Positions 11,831-24,677 of a stretch of 64,000 nt of DNA are shown one piece after another. How positions within the stretch are numbered: position 1 is the first letter of the stretch; each line of letters opens with the position of its first letter. The notes beneath the pieces were generated by a model. That model was not told where the DNA came from and ran no database searches. It saw only the letters and a list, made by a program, of their open reading frames with translations. A program made the translations under genes and the position numbers. Source of the DNA: Vicugna vicugna (lineage: Eukaryota); contig MU058669.1 in NCBI GenBank assembly GCA_013265495.1, positions 602,056-666,055 of the forward strand, read 5' to 3'.

Positions 11831-13507
11831 AAACCTTTCCAACGGAATTATCCCCACCCCACCCCCATCTCTAAGGCTCCCACTCCATCATTTCTAGTGG
11901 GGATTAAAGGTCTCCAGCCGCTGGGAAAGATGTCTTTTCCTGCAAAGCTCCCTTTCTGCCAGCAGGTGACAGTGCTGGACTAAGTATGCGGGTAAGGGGT
12001 GGGCAGGCTAATTGGAGGACTATCATCTATTGTTTTCTTCAACTGGTCTTACAGCTGGTTCCCTTCCCACATTCTAGCCAAACTAGAATATGAGATTTGC
12101 ATTTGCTGAGCTGGTGCTGTTCATTACCTCAGATCTGATCTTCCAGGCTGGGATGCCCCGCAAATTCTGTATCTTCCTGAGCCATCAATGATGTGGTGGC
12201 CGACTCGGAAGCCAGCCGCCACTGTAGTTTATATTTGCCAAGTGTAAGCTTGGAGCCCTTATGTGCTTTCTTGTTCTGTCCTCCCTACCTGCCAAACCCT
12301 CTCTGAGTTAGATGCTGTCACATCACCCATTTGTTCAGAGGAGGAAACTGGAACTCCGAGAGGCTCAGCTGCTTGGTGGAGGTCAAGATGCTGGTTAAGT
12401 GGCAGAGCCAGGCTCGGACCTAGAAGTTTCTGGCTTCAGAGCTGTGCATATAACTACTATGCTCCCATGTATATTGATGGGGAAACTGATGCGGGAGGAG
12501 GAAGGGACTTAATCCTGGGGGTTAGTGGCATTGCTGGCACAAGAATCCAGGCCATCCTGTAGTTCTGGGTCTTCTCTTACTCTTGCCCCTCTGCCGCTGT
12601 GAATGCGGGCCTGGGCAGCGGGCAGTCCCCGCCCTCGCCCACTCCAGGCACAGGATGCTTGGTGGGTGTTGTGTTTGGAGCTGGGCTGGGGTGGCCGGGA
12701 ACGTGGCATTGCGGGACAGGGACCTCATGAGTCCAGTCACTATGTGTGTGTCCCCATCTCCTAGAGTGGGCTGGCATACAGTCAGTGCTCCATTAATATT
12801 TATGGGGGAATAGACGCTCCCCCTCTTTGACTGTCTTCTCAGGCCCTCTTGGCTGGCCACACAGCCCGCGGGTGTTCCTCCTCTGCGGGGTCCTTCCGCC
12901 CCAATGAGGAAGTGAGGGGCGTGCACTTGGCTTCTTAGCACAGACTGTCTCCTTGTTCAACTTTCCAGATTGATCTTTTCTCCGTTCTGCCTCCGCTCCA
13001 GATGGAAAGACCCTAGGGGCAAATCTCTTATGTTCCTGTGTGCATGCCCCACAGTGTCTAGCACGAGGGACTATAAAATAAGCTCTATGCAAAAGCAACT
13101 GTCTCTGTTTTATCCAGGCCTGCATGTTCATTGTTGCCAAAGAGAAAAAAAGCCAAAGGAAGAAAATGAAAATCAGCCCCGTGATTATAGGGTTCTTCTC
13201 TTCAGTGATATTTTAGTGGGATGGAGTATTTCTCTTTCTCCTTTTGTTATGCAAGAAATATGTATTTATTGTACAAAATGTAAAAACAAAACAAAACAAA
13301 AAAACCCCAGATAAGCAAAAACATTTAAAGTCACTGGGATCATCACTTCATAAGCCTGTCAACAATTCTATAACCATCATCAGGGCAGCAGCCGCCTGTG
13401 TAGGTTGAGAGCCTGCTGTGTGCTAACCACTTCATGTGAGTCTTTAAGAACTTTATTGACGTATGATTTATATATCATAAAACCTACCCACATAAATTAA
13501 ATAGCCA

Positions 13508-13639
13508 TTTTATTTATTTATTATTTTTTGGGGGTAATTAGTTTTACTTATTTAATTCTTTAGAGGAGATACTGGAGATAGAACCCAGGACCCTGTGTAT
13601 GCTGAGCATGCGCTCTACCACTTGAGCTATACCCTCCCC
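13508..13639 (-). mobile_element. Vic-1-like SINE nested in an old L1 3' end
   Basis: Reverse complement reads ggggagggtatagctcaagtggtagagcgcatgctcagcatacacagggtcctgggttctatctccag followed by an A-rich tail. Confidence 0.9.
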
Positions 13640-13829
13640 ACCAATAAGTCCTTTTTATGCAGAGAGTTTTAGTAAATTTCCCAAGTTGTGCCACCATCAG
13701 CACAGTCCAGTTTTAGAGTACTTAAGAATGACAGCCGGTCAGGACTGTGACTACGAGCCAGACCAGCAGCAGAGGGAGCCTTCTATGTAAGTATTGCTGA
13801 GTTCCTTTGTGAATAACATCAGTCATGCA

Positions 13830-14854
13830 CGGTTGTCCCCTCTTATCCTTGGTTTCGCTTTCCGCAGTTTCCATTACCCATGGTCAACTGAGGTCCAAAA
13901 ATATTAAGTGGAAAATTCCAGAGGCAAATTGTTCATAAGTTTGAAATTGTGCACTGAGTATTGTGATGAAGCCTTACATTGTCCCACTTGGTCCTTCCAG
14001 AACGTGAATCGTCCCTCTGTCCAGCTATCCTGCCCGTTAGTCACTTAGTAGCTGAATTTGTTATCAGATCAGTTGTTGAGGTATCATGGTGCTTGTGTTC
14101 AAGTCACTCTTTAAAAAAGTTTTTTACTGAAGTATAGTTGATTTACAATGTTGTGTTAGTTTGTGGTGTACAGCATAGTGATTCAGTTATACAAATAAGT
14201 GTTCTTTTTCATTATAGGTTATTACAAGCTATTGAATATAGTTTCCTGTGCTATAGAGTAGGTCCTTGTTGTTTATTTTATATGTAGTAGTTAATATTTG
14301 CATATCTCAAACTCCCAATTTATTCCTCCCCTCTCCTTTCCCCTTTGGTAACCATTAGTTTGTTTTCTATGTCTGTGTATCTGTTTCTGTTTTACAAATA
14401 AGTTCATTTTTATCATTTTTAAGAGTTCACGTGTAAATGATACCATATAATTGTCTTTCTCTGTCTGTCAAGTCATTTTTATTTTACTGAGTTATGGCCC
14501 CAAAGCCCCAGAATAGTGATGCTGGAAATTCAGATCTGCCAAAGAGAAGCCATAATGTGCTTCCTTTATGTGAAAAAGCAAAGTTCTTGACTTAATAAGG
14601 AAAGATAAGAAATTATATACTGAGATTTATGGTGAGAATGAATCTCCTATCTGTGAAATTGTGAAGAAGGAAGAAGAAATTTGTGCTAGTCTTACTGTTG
14701 CAGCTCAGATTGACAAAGTTACGACCACAGCGCATGATAAGTGGTTAGTTAAGACGTAAAAGGCAGTATAAATAGGATTCAGCACTCTCCGTGGTTTCAG
14801 GCATCCACTGGGGGTCTTGGAACAGATCCCCTGTGGATAAAGGGGGAGCCCTTG
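13830..14854 (+). mobile_element. Tigger7/MER44 with nested L1 3' end (duplicate)
   Basis: Copy of 8574-9598; nested L1 at about 14108-14466. Confidence 0.85.
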
Positions 14855-17800
14855 CATCAGAAAGTGCACAGATTCTGGAGTCCAGCTTGCTTCAAGTCCC
14901 AGGCCCACTGAGGACAGTGTGAACCTGGTTAGGACTTGCTCCAGCCTTTGATTCCTTCTCTGTAGGAAAAGGAGACCGCCTACCTAAACAGATGATTGTA
15001 CTCAGTGAGACAAGGCTTGCCAAAGTCCTGTGCTAGTTAACCAGCCACTGCCGCACAAGGAAAGTGACCACCCTATCTAAGGTGCTCCAGACCCTGGGCC
15101 CTCTGAACAGAGGTTCTTATGGGGTTTTTAGTTCCATATGCTTTCTATGTCGCTCTGAAACTCACTTCTCTGTAACACTCTCCCCTCTTCACACTGGGTT
15201 TTCATATTTCCCCCTGAGCCTTCCGTTTCAGTGTGACGGCCTTTCACATAACCTCAAGGGCATTGGTTGCATCAGCAATCTGAAGCCTGGTTTCCACGTC
15301 TGTAAAATGGCCACACGTTGGTTCCTGCACCACAGAGAGATTTTTGAGGACAAGTGAGAGAAGGTGTCTACATGTGTAGGATGCACATGTTCATAATACG
15401 GATATTACAGGTCTCTGCATTTCCTAGCAGAGCCTGGCTCACAGGCTCCTTATTTAAATGCCTGGCATTTCTAACCCCATTGCCCTGCTCCACACCAAAT
15501 TGATATTATTTCTCACCGGGGAGATTAGAGAAGGCTTCCTTGAGCAAGGGAGACATGAGCTGGGCTTGCAAGGCCTGGAGAATTTCCAGAATTATGCAAG
15601 AGTGGGCATGAGCTTGGATGGCGTGGAGGGAGGTTTGGCACATAGGAAAAGAGGTGGAAAGTTTTGAAGTTTGCTCAGGGGACGGAGAGGAGGCCAACTT
15701 AACCTGAGTTGGTTTGTTGAGGGAACTAAAGGGAGATAAACCAGAATGAGTAGGGTGGGGATCTGGAATCTTAAAAATTAGATCTGGAGGAGGCCCAGGG
15801 GTCATCTGGCCCAGTCTCTTGCCTACAGTGGGAATACAAATGTGTGACTTGGTAGTAATAAGAGAGATGATCTGTGGTTCGACTCTGCTGTGTGTTCTTG
15901 GGCAAATTACATATAATCTCTGATCTGGATTTCTCCTTTGTGTAATGGAAATACTAATCTTTGCCCCGCCTGTCTGTAAGTGTCATGAGGATCTAGTGAG
16001 CTTTGGCTGAGGATTCACTAAGAGATGCTGGCAAAGGGCTCTCTTTTCTTCTGTGGGCCTTGATTTTCCTGTCTGCAAAATGAAGACCCCATCTGTCTCC
16101 AGGGTGCAGGGAGGCCGTGAGTCCAGCCAGGAGACTGGCACCCCAGAGGGGAGAGGAAGGCTCTGGGGAGAGAGGCTCTGCTGCTCTGGGCACAACCATG
16201 AATCTTCCCCCGTCTTGCCAGCAACTTCTCAGAAAGGACCAGCCTATTGTGGTGGCTGCAATGGGTCCCAAAGCTGGAGTCTCTCTCCTCCCTCTTACTT
16301 GGTGGGATGGGTTACACAGCTTGCAGGTGAGGAGCTCCTGTGGGAGTTCAGAGTCAGGCTCACCTGCCCTGCATACCCAGCCCCTGGGCATCTTGGCCCT
16401 TCCTGGAGGAAGGGGCTCGGGAGCCATGCTTGCTCCTCCTCTGTCCCCGTCACCTCTCCCCATCCCCTGCTGTTCTGACCACCCCTGCTTCTCCTGTCAG
16501 CACTGGCATTACAGTTTCCAAAGTGCATCCCCTCCTACTCCCACTGTGAGGCCCACCAGGCAGGACTCTTGGCCACATTTCATGGGTATGGAAACAGAAA
16601 CTGAGAGAGGCCAAAGGACAGGCCCTTCTGGTAGCATCAGAAATAAATATCCTGCCCTGGGGATCTTCGCACTGTGCCGTTGACTCTAAAACTTGGACTG
16701 TGAGAATCACATGGGACTAAGGTGCAGACTCCTAGGCCATCATCCCCAGAAGGCAGATCCAGAGCAACTTCAGTGGGAAATGAGGATCTGTATTTGTGAC
16801 AAGCACTCAGGGATGATGATTCACCCTGGAGCTTGACCCCTGCACTGTACCTCACCTTCTAAATCCCAGGGGTGTGGGGCTGTGGGAGGAGAGGACCAGA
16901 GGAAATGACTTCTCATCATGTCAGGGACTTTACATGTATTATTACCCTAGAAGGAGACATTATTATTCCCATTTCATAGATGAGAAAATTGAGGTTAAAC
17001 AGTTTATCCAGTCTCACAGCTGGTAAATAGAAAAGCTGAGCTTTGAACTTGAGTCTTATAGCGCCAGAGCCCAAATCTCTTTCACCCAAACCTTTCCAAC
17101 GGAATTATCCCCACCCCACCCCCATCTCTAAGGCTCCCACTCCATCATTTCTAGTGGGGATTAAAGGTCTCCAGCCGGTGGGAAAGATGTCTTTTCCTGC
17201 AAAGCTCCCTTTCTGCCAGCAGGTGACAGTGCTGGACTAAGTATGCGGGTAAGGGTCGGGCAGGCTAATTGGAGGACTATCATCTATTGTTTTCTTCAAC
17301 TGGTTTTACAGCCTGTTCCCTTCTCACATTCTAGCCAAACTAGAATATGAGATTTGCATTTGCTGAGCTGGTGCTGTTCATTACCTCAGATCTGATCTTC
17401 CAGGCTGGGATGCCCCGCAAATTCTGTATCTTCCTGAGCCATCAATGATGTGGTGGCCGACTCGGAAGCCAGCCGCCACTGTAGTTTATATTTGCCAAGT
17501 GTAAGCTTGGAGCCCTTATGTGCTTTCTTGTTCTGTCCTCCCTACCTGCCAAACCCTCTCTGAGTTAGATGCTGTCACATCACCCATTTGTTCAGAGGAG
17601 GAAACTGGAACTCCGAGAGGCTCAGCTGCTTGGTGGAGGTCAAGATGCTGGTTAAGTGGCAGAGCCAGGCTCGGACCTAGAAGTTTCTGGCTTCAGAGCT
17701 GTGCATATAACTACTATGCTCCCATGTATATTGATGGGGAAACTGATGCGGGAGGAGGAAGGGACTTACTCCTGGGGGTTAGTGGCATTGCTGGCACAAG

Positions 17801-18699
17801 AATCCAGGCCATCCTGTAGTTCTGGGTCTTCTCTTACTCTTGCCCCTCTGCCGCTGTGAATGCGGGCCTGGGCAGCGGGCAGTCCCCGCCCTCGCCCACT
17901 CCAGGCACAGGATGCTTGGCGGGTGTTGTGTTTGGAGGTGGCCTGGGGTGGCCGGGAACGTGGCATTGTGGGGCAGGGACCTCATGAGTCCAGTCACTAT
18001 GTGTGTGTCCCCATCTCCTAGAGTGGGCTGGCATACAGTCAGTGCTCCATTAATATTTATGGGGGAATAGACGCTCCCCCTCTTTGACTGTCTTCTCAGG
18101 CCCTCTTGGCTGGCCACACAGCCCGCGGGTGTTCCTCCTCTGCGGGGTCCTTCCGCCCCAATGAGGAAGTGAGGGGCGTGCACTTGGCTTCTTAGCACAG
18201 ACTGTCTCCTTGTTCAACTTTCCAGATTGATCTTTTCTCCGTCCTGCCTCCGCTCCAGATGGAAAGACCCTAGGGGCAAATCTCTTATGTTCCTGTGTGC
18301 ATGCCCCACAGTGCCTAGCACGAGGGACTATAAAATAAGCTCTATGCAAAAGCAACTGTCTCTGTTTTATCCAGGCCTGCATGTTCATTGTTGCCAAAGA
18401 GAAAAAAAGCCAAAGGAAGAAAATGAAAATCAGCCCCGTGATTATAGGGTTCTTCTCTTCAGTGATATTTTAGTGGAATGGAGTATTTCTCTTTCTCCTT
18501 TTGTTATGCAAGAAATATGTATTTATTGTACAAAATGTAAAAACAAAACAAAACAAAAAAACCCCAGATAAGCAAAAACATTTAAAGTCACTGGGATCAT
18601 CACTTCATAAGCCTGTCAACAATTCTATAACCATCATCAGGGCAGCAGCCGCCTGTGTAGGTTGAGAGCCTGCTGTGTGCTAACCACTTCATGTGAGTC

Positions 18700-19140
18700 T
18701 TTAAGAACTTTATTGACGTATGATTTATATATCATAAAACCTACCCACATAAATTAAATAGCCATTTTATTTATTTATTATTTTTTGGGGGTAATTAGTT
18801 TTACTTATTTAATTCTTTAGAGGAGATACTGGAGATAGAACCCAGGACCCTGTGTATGCTGAGCATGCGCTCTACCACTTGAGCTATACCCTCCCCACCA
18901 ATAAGTCCTTTTTATGCAGAGAGTTTTAGTAAATTTCCCAAGTTGTGCCACCATCAGCACAGTCCAGTTTTAGAGTACTTTTGTGGCCCCAGTAAAATCC
19001 CTCAGGCCCATTTCCAGTTAATCCCCATTCCTGGCCCTCAGCCCCAGGCAGCCACTCATCTATTTGCTGTTTCCACAGTTTTGCCTTTCTGGACAGTTTA
19101 TATAATTGGAACAGCGTGCTAGGTGGCCTTTTGTGTCTAA
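18700..19140 (-). mobile_element. Old L1M (L1MB-like) 3' fragment
   Basis: tttattgacgtatgatttatatatcataaaac...aagttgtgccaccatcagcacagtccagttttaga...cagccccaggcagccactcatcta...ttgcctttctggaca; continues past the end of the duplication. Confidence 0.7.
18765..18895 (-). mobile_element. Vic-1-like SINE (duplicate)
   Basis: Same sequence as 13508-13639. Confidence 0.9.
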
Positions 19141-19338
19141 ACCGGACACTGACTATGTTAGATGCAGTTTCTCATTGACGGATAAGGAGACTGAACCCTC
19201 GTGAGGGTCAGTAACTTGCTGGAAGCAGCTGCGGGAGGAGAGGGTGGAGGAGCCAGGACTCAGAGGTCTGTCTGGCCCACCGTCCTCCACCCTGTCATTG
19301 TCACATGGCTGTTCACGTCCTTGCTTCTCCAACTACAT

Positions 19339-19341
<3 letters not shown>

Positions 19342-19369
<28 letters not shown>

Positions 19370-19495
19370 NNNNNNNNNNNNNNNNNNNNNNNNNNNNNNN
19401 NNNNNNNNNNNNNNNNNNNNNNNNNNNNNNNNNNNNNNNNNNNNNNNNNNNNNNNNNNNNNNNNNNNNNNNNNNNNNNNNNNNNNNNNNNNNNNN

Positions 19496-19522
<27 letters not shown>
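19342..19522. repeat. (TA)n microsatellite spanning an assembly gap (N 19370-19495)
   Basis: tatatata on both sides of the N run. Confidence 0.9.
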
Positions 19523-19527
<5 letters not shown>

Positions 19528-19574
19528 CATCCCCAAAGGGACTCTTCTTTATATATTCTTTTACCACTTCCTCT

Positions 19575-19805
19575 TTTCTTTAATTTTTTATTGCAGCTGA
19601 TTTACATTGTTAGTTTCAGGTGTACAGCAAAGAGATTCATTTATACAGATACATACATATATATACATGTATTTTCAGATTCTTTTCCGTTAGAGCTTAT
19701 TACAAGAAATTGAGTATAGTTTCTTGTGCTATACAGTAAGGTCCTTGTTGTTTATCTATTTTGTATATCGTAGTATGTGTCTGTTAATCCCCAACTCCTA
19801 ATTAC
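19575..19805 (-). mobile_element. L1 3' end
   Basis: gatttacattgttagtttcaggtgtacagcaaagagattca...gtgctatacagtaaggtccttgttgtttatcta. Confidence 0.8.
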
Positions 19806-22389
19806 CACTTTCTTTTTCACTTAATAATAGATTATGAGCATGTTTCCATGTGAACATGTACACACTTACAAGTGCTCCAGTAGATTCCTGGCCAGTACAG
19901 TGCAGCCTTAAGGCTTTGGAGCCTCCTCAGTATCAATTCTGCCCTTTTTTAGCCACGAGACTTTGGGAAAAGTACTCAACTGTTTTGTGCCTCTGTCTCC
20001 TCGTGTGTGAAAGGAGATGCTAGTGTCAGTTAACCTTATCCGGCTGAACAGCTAATACAGACAGATCACCGGCGCCGGGCACCACTCAATCCCCGCCAGC
20101 ATGTTTGCTGCAGTCGTTGAACTAATGAACGAACGCCTGCTTTTGCACATTGATTTCAGCCTGAGAGCTGGCATCGGGAATGGGGCATCTCCTTACTCAA
20201 CCTACCATCTGGAGAAGGTCAAGCTGTCGCTCTGCTGTCTCCCTCGCAGCTGGAATCTCGGCAGTATCTCTGTGGGTTAGTGGAGGAAGGGCTGTTGAGC
20301 TGGGAAGATGGGCAGTCTTATTCTCGCTGGAGGTCCCTTCCTGGGGAGTTGAGGAGCTGAGCTCCAGATCTGGGAGATGTGTGGGGGTCCCCTCCAGACC
20401 ATGAGGGTAAAGGACCCATGGCTCATGGAGCGGAGAGGTGGGTCAGCTCCCTGCCCTGGGCCCTCTGGGGTCCAGGCAGTGCCTTCCTGAGGCTTTTGCC
20501 TGCGGGTACCCAGGAGCCAGAACATTGTTCCAGCACCATCCGTCAGCCTGCAATTAGTGAAATGGAGGCACACATGCTGGTTTGCAGATTGTGGGTGGGA
20601 GGACAGGATGTGGTGGGAAATGGCTCACCAGCTCGAGGGGCGGGGGTGGCATTTGTCTGTGTTCCCTGGTGATTTGGCAGCCATGCTGCTGGGCACTCAC
20701 ATGGGGCTGGCAGCCTTTGAAAAAGCTGGCAGGATCCTTTCCTGCTGTTGGGTCAGAGGTGGGGCCACCCAACCTTGGAGCAGGGAGGTCAGCAAGGCCA
20801 CAGCCAGGACACCAGGCACATCCTGGGAGTGAGGTGTGGAGCTGAGGGCAGTGGTGAGAGGAGGTGAGGAACTGGGAGATGGGCCAGGGTCCTGAAGCCC
20901 CGGAGGGAGTCAGAGGCTTCAGTGGGTGAAGCTCAACCCCAGGGACTCAGAGGAGGGTTGTGCCAGTGGCAGCTCATGGAAGTTGATAGAAACGATCTAA
21001 AGAGTTCCCATGGAAATCGAGGATTCAGACTTCTCTTGTAAAACTAGACATTCAGCAGCACAGCCTACATTTCTGCAGCTGACGGAGCTGCGTGCTGGCT
21101 CTCCAGTTTGGACAGAGTATCCACTCTCCAGTCTGACACCGTCCCCATGACTCCCTGTTATCATACAGCCCAGAAGCTCAGTGCCGTAGCCAGTCATCTA
21201 CCTACACTGGGCAAGTTTCATCCTTTTGAGTTGGTGACCTTTGGCCTGGGGAGGCTGAGTTCAGGAGAACTTGGCTCCCTACTCTACCGGCAGCAGTGAC
21301 TCCAAGCTGAGACCTGAAGACACAGCCTGTTCTATAAGGACTGCTCCAGGCAGAAGGTACAGCAAGTGCAAAGGCCCTGGGGAAGGGAAGGACTTCCGGT
21401 GACCTTGGAACTCCTGAAATGGAGTGCTCAAGACAGACTACATATTAGGAAGAGGAGAGAGAAACTTCTGGAACAAGTTAAAAAGCTGTCCCAGCTAGGA
21501 TAAGATAGGGCCACCAAGAAGAGCCTCCTGTGGATGCAGACAAGAGGATGGAGCTGTCAGGAGCTGAATGGGGTGGGTGGCTAATGGGCTCTCAAGGTGT
21601 CTCTGCCCTGTAGCTGACCTGGTCCCCAGGGACTGGTGAAGATTGTAGGGCTCTGCCCATATCTGTTTCTGACCATCAGGGAAATTTCTGCCCTCCCTTC
21701 TCAAGGGGACTTTCAGCAAACTATCCCCACTCAGTGGAATCTGAGCTTCCCTCACCAGTTCTGGTTCCCTTGGCTAAGATCTGACATCAGAGCCAGAGAG
21801 CCAGAGCTGGGCTGCCCCCAGCCATCTTCCCATGGTGGTGCCCTCAGGGTATGGGAGAATGGGGAGAGGAGGAAGGACAAACAGTTCCTGCAAACCTTTC
21901 TCCGCCTCTCTCTTCTTGCACCTCTTTCTCTCCCTATCAGTAGCTTCTCCTTTTCCCCTGCATGCAGATTGTTGCCCCAGTGGATTTAGAATTTAGAAGC
22001 AAAACCTCGAAGGGAGGTTGCCTTGCAACACCAATCTCCCCTGGGGCCAGTGAGCACAGCCTTGGCTTATGTGGGAGGGGAAAGAAAATCTAGTGAGAAC
22101 AAAACACAGTAGTTCCTGTTCTCCCTCATTCTTCTGTGCAGTGACAACCAGCACCAGCTAATAGCTCAACTTATTATTGTACTGCCTGATTTCTAAGTGT
22201 CATTAAGAATTCTTTTACAGGGTAACCTTTATTGGCTGCAAGATGTCCCAATACATGGATATTTCCAGTTTCCCCAGTGCTTTCCTGTTACATGTAACTG
22301 GAATGAACATTCTTGTCCCAAAATGCAGGTGGATCTCTGATGTTTCCTTAGAATTCCTGGCAGTAGGTCAAAGAGCCTAGCTTAAAAAT

Positions 22390-22590
22390 ATTTTCTTTAT
22401 TTTATTTTTATTGTAAGAACAGATAACAGGAGATCTATACTGTTAACAAATGTTTAAGTGTAGGCATGGTATTGTTAACTGTAGGTACAGTGTTGTGCAG
22501 CAGATCTCTAGGACTTGCTCATCTTGCATAAATGGAACTTTATACTTGCTGGACGGGACCTCCCATGTCCTCCTCTCTTCAGCCCCTTAT
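22390..22590 (-). mobile_element. Old L1MA-like 3' end
   Basis: gtattgttaactgtaggtacagtgttgtgcagcagatctctaggacttgctcatcttgcataa. Confidence 0.7.
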
Positions 22591-22903
22591 CTGGCTTGTT
22601 TTTAAAATTTTGGTCTTTTTTGTCCTCCAGACGGTTGTGCGAATTCCAAGTCAATCAATGACACACGAGAGTCCTAATTCCTTCTCATAGGTCAGAGAAG
22701 ACTTTTGTCGAGCCCCAGGGGCTTGACTTTCTGGATGCAGGGTTTCTTTCTGTGAGTGTCCTGAAAGTGTCATGAAGCCCAGCAGTGAAATCCCTCTGGT
22801 CACATAGCACCTGGGGCTGTGGGCCTCCTTCCCTGGCTGGCTTCTGCCACAGTAGCACCTGGAGCTCACCTCGACCTGGGCTTAGTGATGGGGAACAGAC
22901 ATG

Positions 22904-23443
22904 TGTGTTGACCGAAAAAAATGCACAACCTAGAAGTTGAGAGTTATGCTTTATTCAGTGGACATTTCTGAGACTTAAGCCCGGCATGCTGCCACTCAGA
23001 TCGCTCTAATGCACTGCTCCAAAGAGGCAGGGGAGGAGCCAGGATATATAGGAATTTTGCAACAAAGACCAGGTAGTTGGAACATCAAAAGATTACTGTT
23101 AGTCAAAGAAAACCAGGTATCTCAAGTTAAGGAATTTAGCGCTTTTCTATGCATGGGAAGATGCAAGAGTCTGGGCTCATTGCAATCGTTTGATATGCAC
23201 CTTTGCTTTCTAGCGCCAGTATCCCATGCTTCCCATCCGTGCTTCTCATCGAGTCCCCTCTAGGGGCACCATTGGGTGTGGCTGCAGAGGCTGAGGACTT
23301 GGCAGTGGGCAGGCTACTTGTCTCCATCCTGAGTTCCCTCCGGCTTACCATGGCTGGGGGTGGGGGGGGCGGGTAGTGGCTGGTGGCTGGTGGCTGCAGC
23401 ATCCTTTGTTTACTGATATGGCAGGCAATCATTTTCATTTACA
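22904..23443 (-). mobile_element. Solo ERV1 LTR, MER41-like (artiodactyl type)
   Basis: TG...CA ends with 4-bp TSD CATG (22900-22903, 23444-23447); minus-strand TATA (cctatatatcc) and AATAAA. Confidence 0.8.
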
Positions 23444-24249
23444 CATGTTAGGTCCTTAGGAAGTGGATGCTGCCGGCACAGCCCTGGGGTGGCCCCTGGT
23501 GAGGGGAGATGCTCTTGAAGGATGCATGTGTCTGCTTCCCAGCAGGGAAAAGTCAAGAGTTAGGCTGATGCCCTGGAGTTCTGATGGCCAGTTTGGGCTT
23601 GTTGGGGAGAGGGAGGCTCTCTGAATAACAGATGCTCATTCCTTCATTCTTAGAATTGAGTGCCTTTTTCCCTTCTAACATTTTTTTCTCTGCAGTGGCT
23701 TCCAGATGCCCATTTGCAAACTGGTATAGGTCTGTGATATGGTGTTTTCATTTGTCTGTGGCAAACTGAGAAAGGAAAAGAGGAACTCTGAGTGAATTTT
23801 TAATGAGACTAAGTTTATTTAATTCCAAGGACTGTCCTTTATTCTGAGGCAGTGACCTTCTTTTTGGTGTTAAAATGTTCTTTCTTTTATGAAATGATTA
23901 TGAAAGTAAATGGCATTTTCTTTCACTCTCCTCACTTAGCAATTTAAAAAGCTGGAAGTTCTGTGTGGAGGCTTTTCTGTGCATGCAACCCCTCCCCCGC
24001 ACCCATTCCCAACTTCTGTGTTTGTGGGTAAGTTTAATCTCGTCAATAGAAACCCAAAAATGTAGGCTCCACTGGGTAAGCCCTTTCCAGGGTGAGCCTA
24101 GCCCACAGCTTTACTTCTCATATTGGCTTTTATCCAACAAACTCTTCATTCAGCAAATCTCAAGAGCCCACACTCTGGGCCAGGCCTCGTCCCAGGAGCT
24201 ATGGTGGTGGATCTGGCTGGGGCAGGGACAGGTCACACTTGGCCAAGCT

Positions 24250-24677
24250 TCCCCAGGGCCTTTCAAGAGGTATCTATGTCAAATCTCTGGAACCTGTGAA
24301 TGGACCTTATTTTGTAGACACTGATTAAGTTAAGGGTCTTGAGAGGAGGTGTTTATCCTGAACTGCCCCGTCAGTGCAATCACACAGATCCTTATGAGAC
24401 AGAGGCAGAGGGAGTTTTGAGACAGACACACAGAAGAGGAGAGGGTGATGTGAAGATGGAGGCCGTGACTGGAGTGGTGTGGCCACAAGCCAAAGGATGC
24501 CTTCAGCTTCCCAGAGCTAAAGAGGCAAAGAACCGACTCCCCTGGAGCCTCTGGAAGGAAGGTGGCCCTGTCAACACCTTGATTTTAGACATCTGGCCTC
24601 CAGAATTATGAAAGAATAAACGCCTGTTGTTTTCAGCCACCAAGTTTGTGGTAATTTTTTACGACAGGAAGCTAATA
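24250..24677 (+). mobile_element. MLT1 (MaLR) LTR, MLT1C/D-like
   Basis: gtgatgtgaagatggaggc...ggccacaagccaaagga...acaccttgattttagac...gaataaa...gccaccaagtttgtggtaattt. Confidence 0.85.

Larger units (their letters stand above)
8469..13723 (+). repeat. 5.26 kb tandem duplication, copy 1
   Basis: Starts agaatgacagccggtcagg, ends ttttagagtactt; the ORF track repeats with offset 5256-5257. Confidence 0.98.
13725..18980 (+). repeat. 5.26 kb tandem duplication, copy 2
   Basis: Same start and end strings as copy 1; about 25 substitutions and one 1-bp indel counted by eye. Confidence 0.98.
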
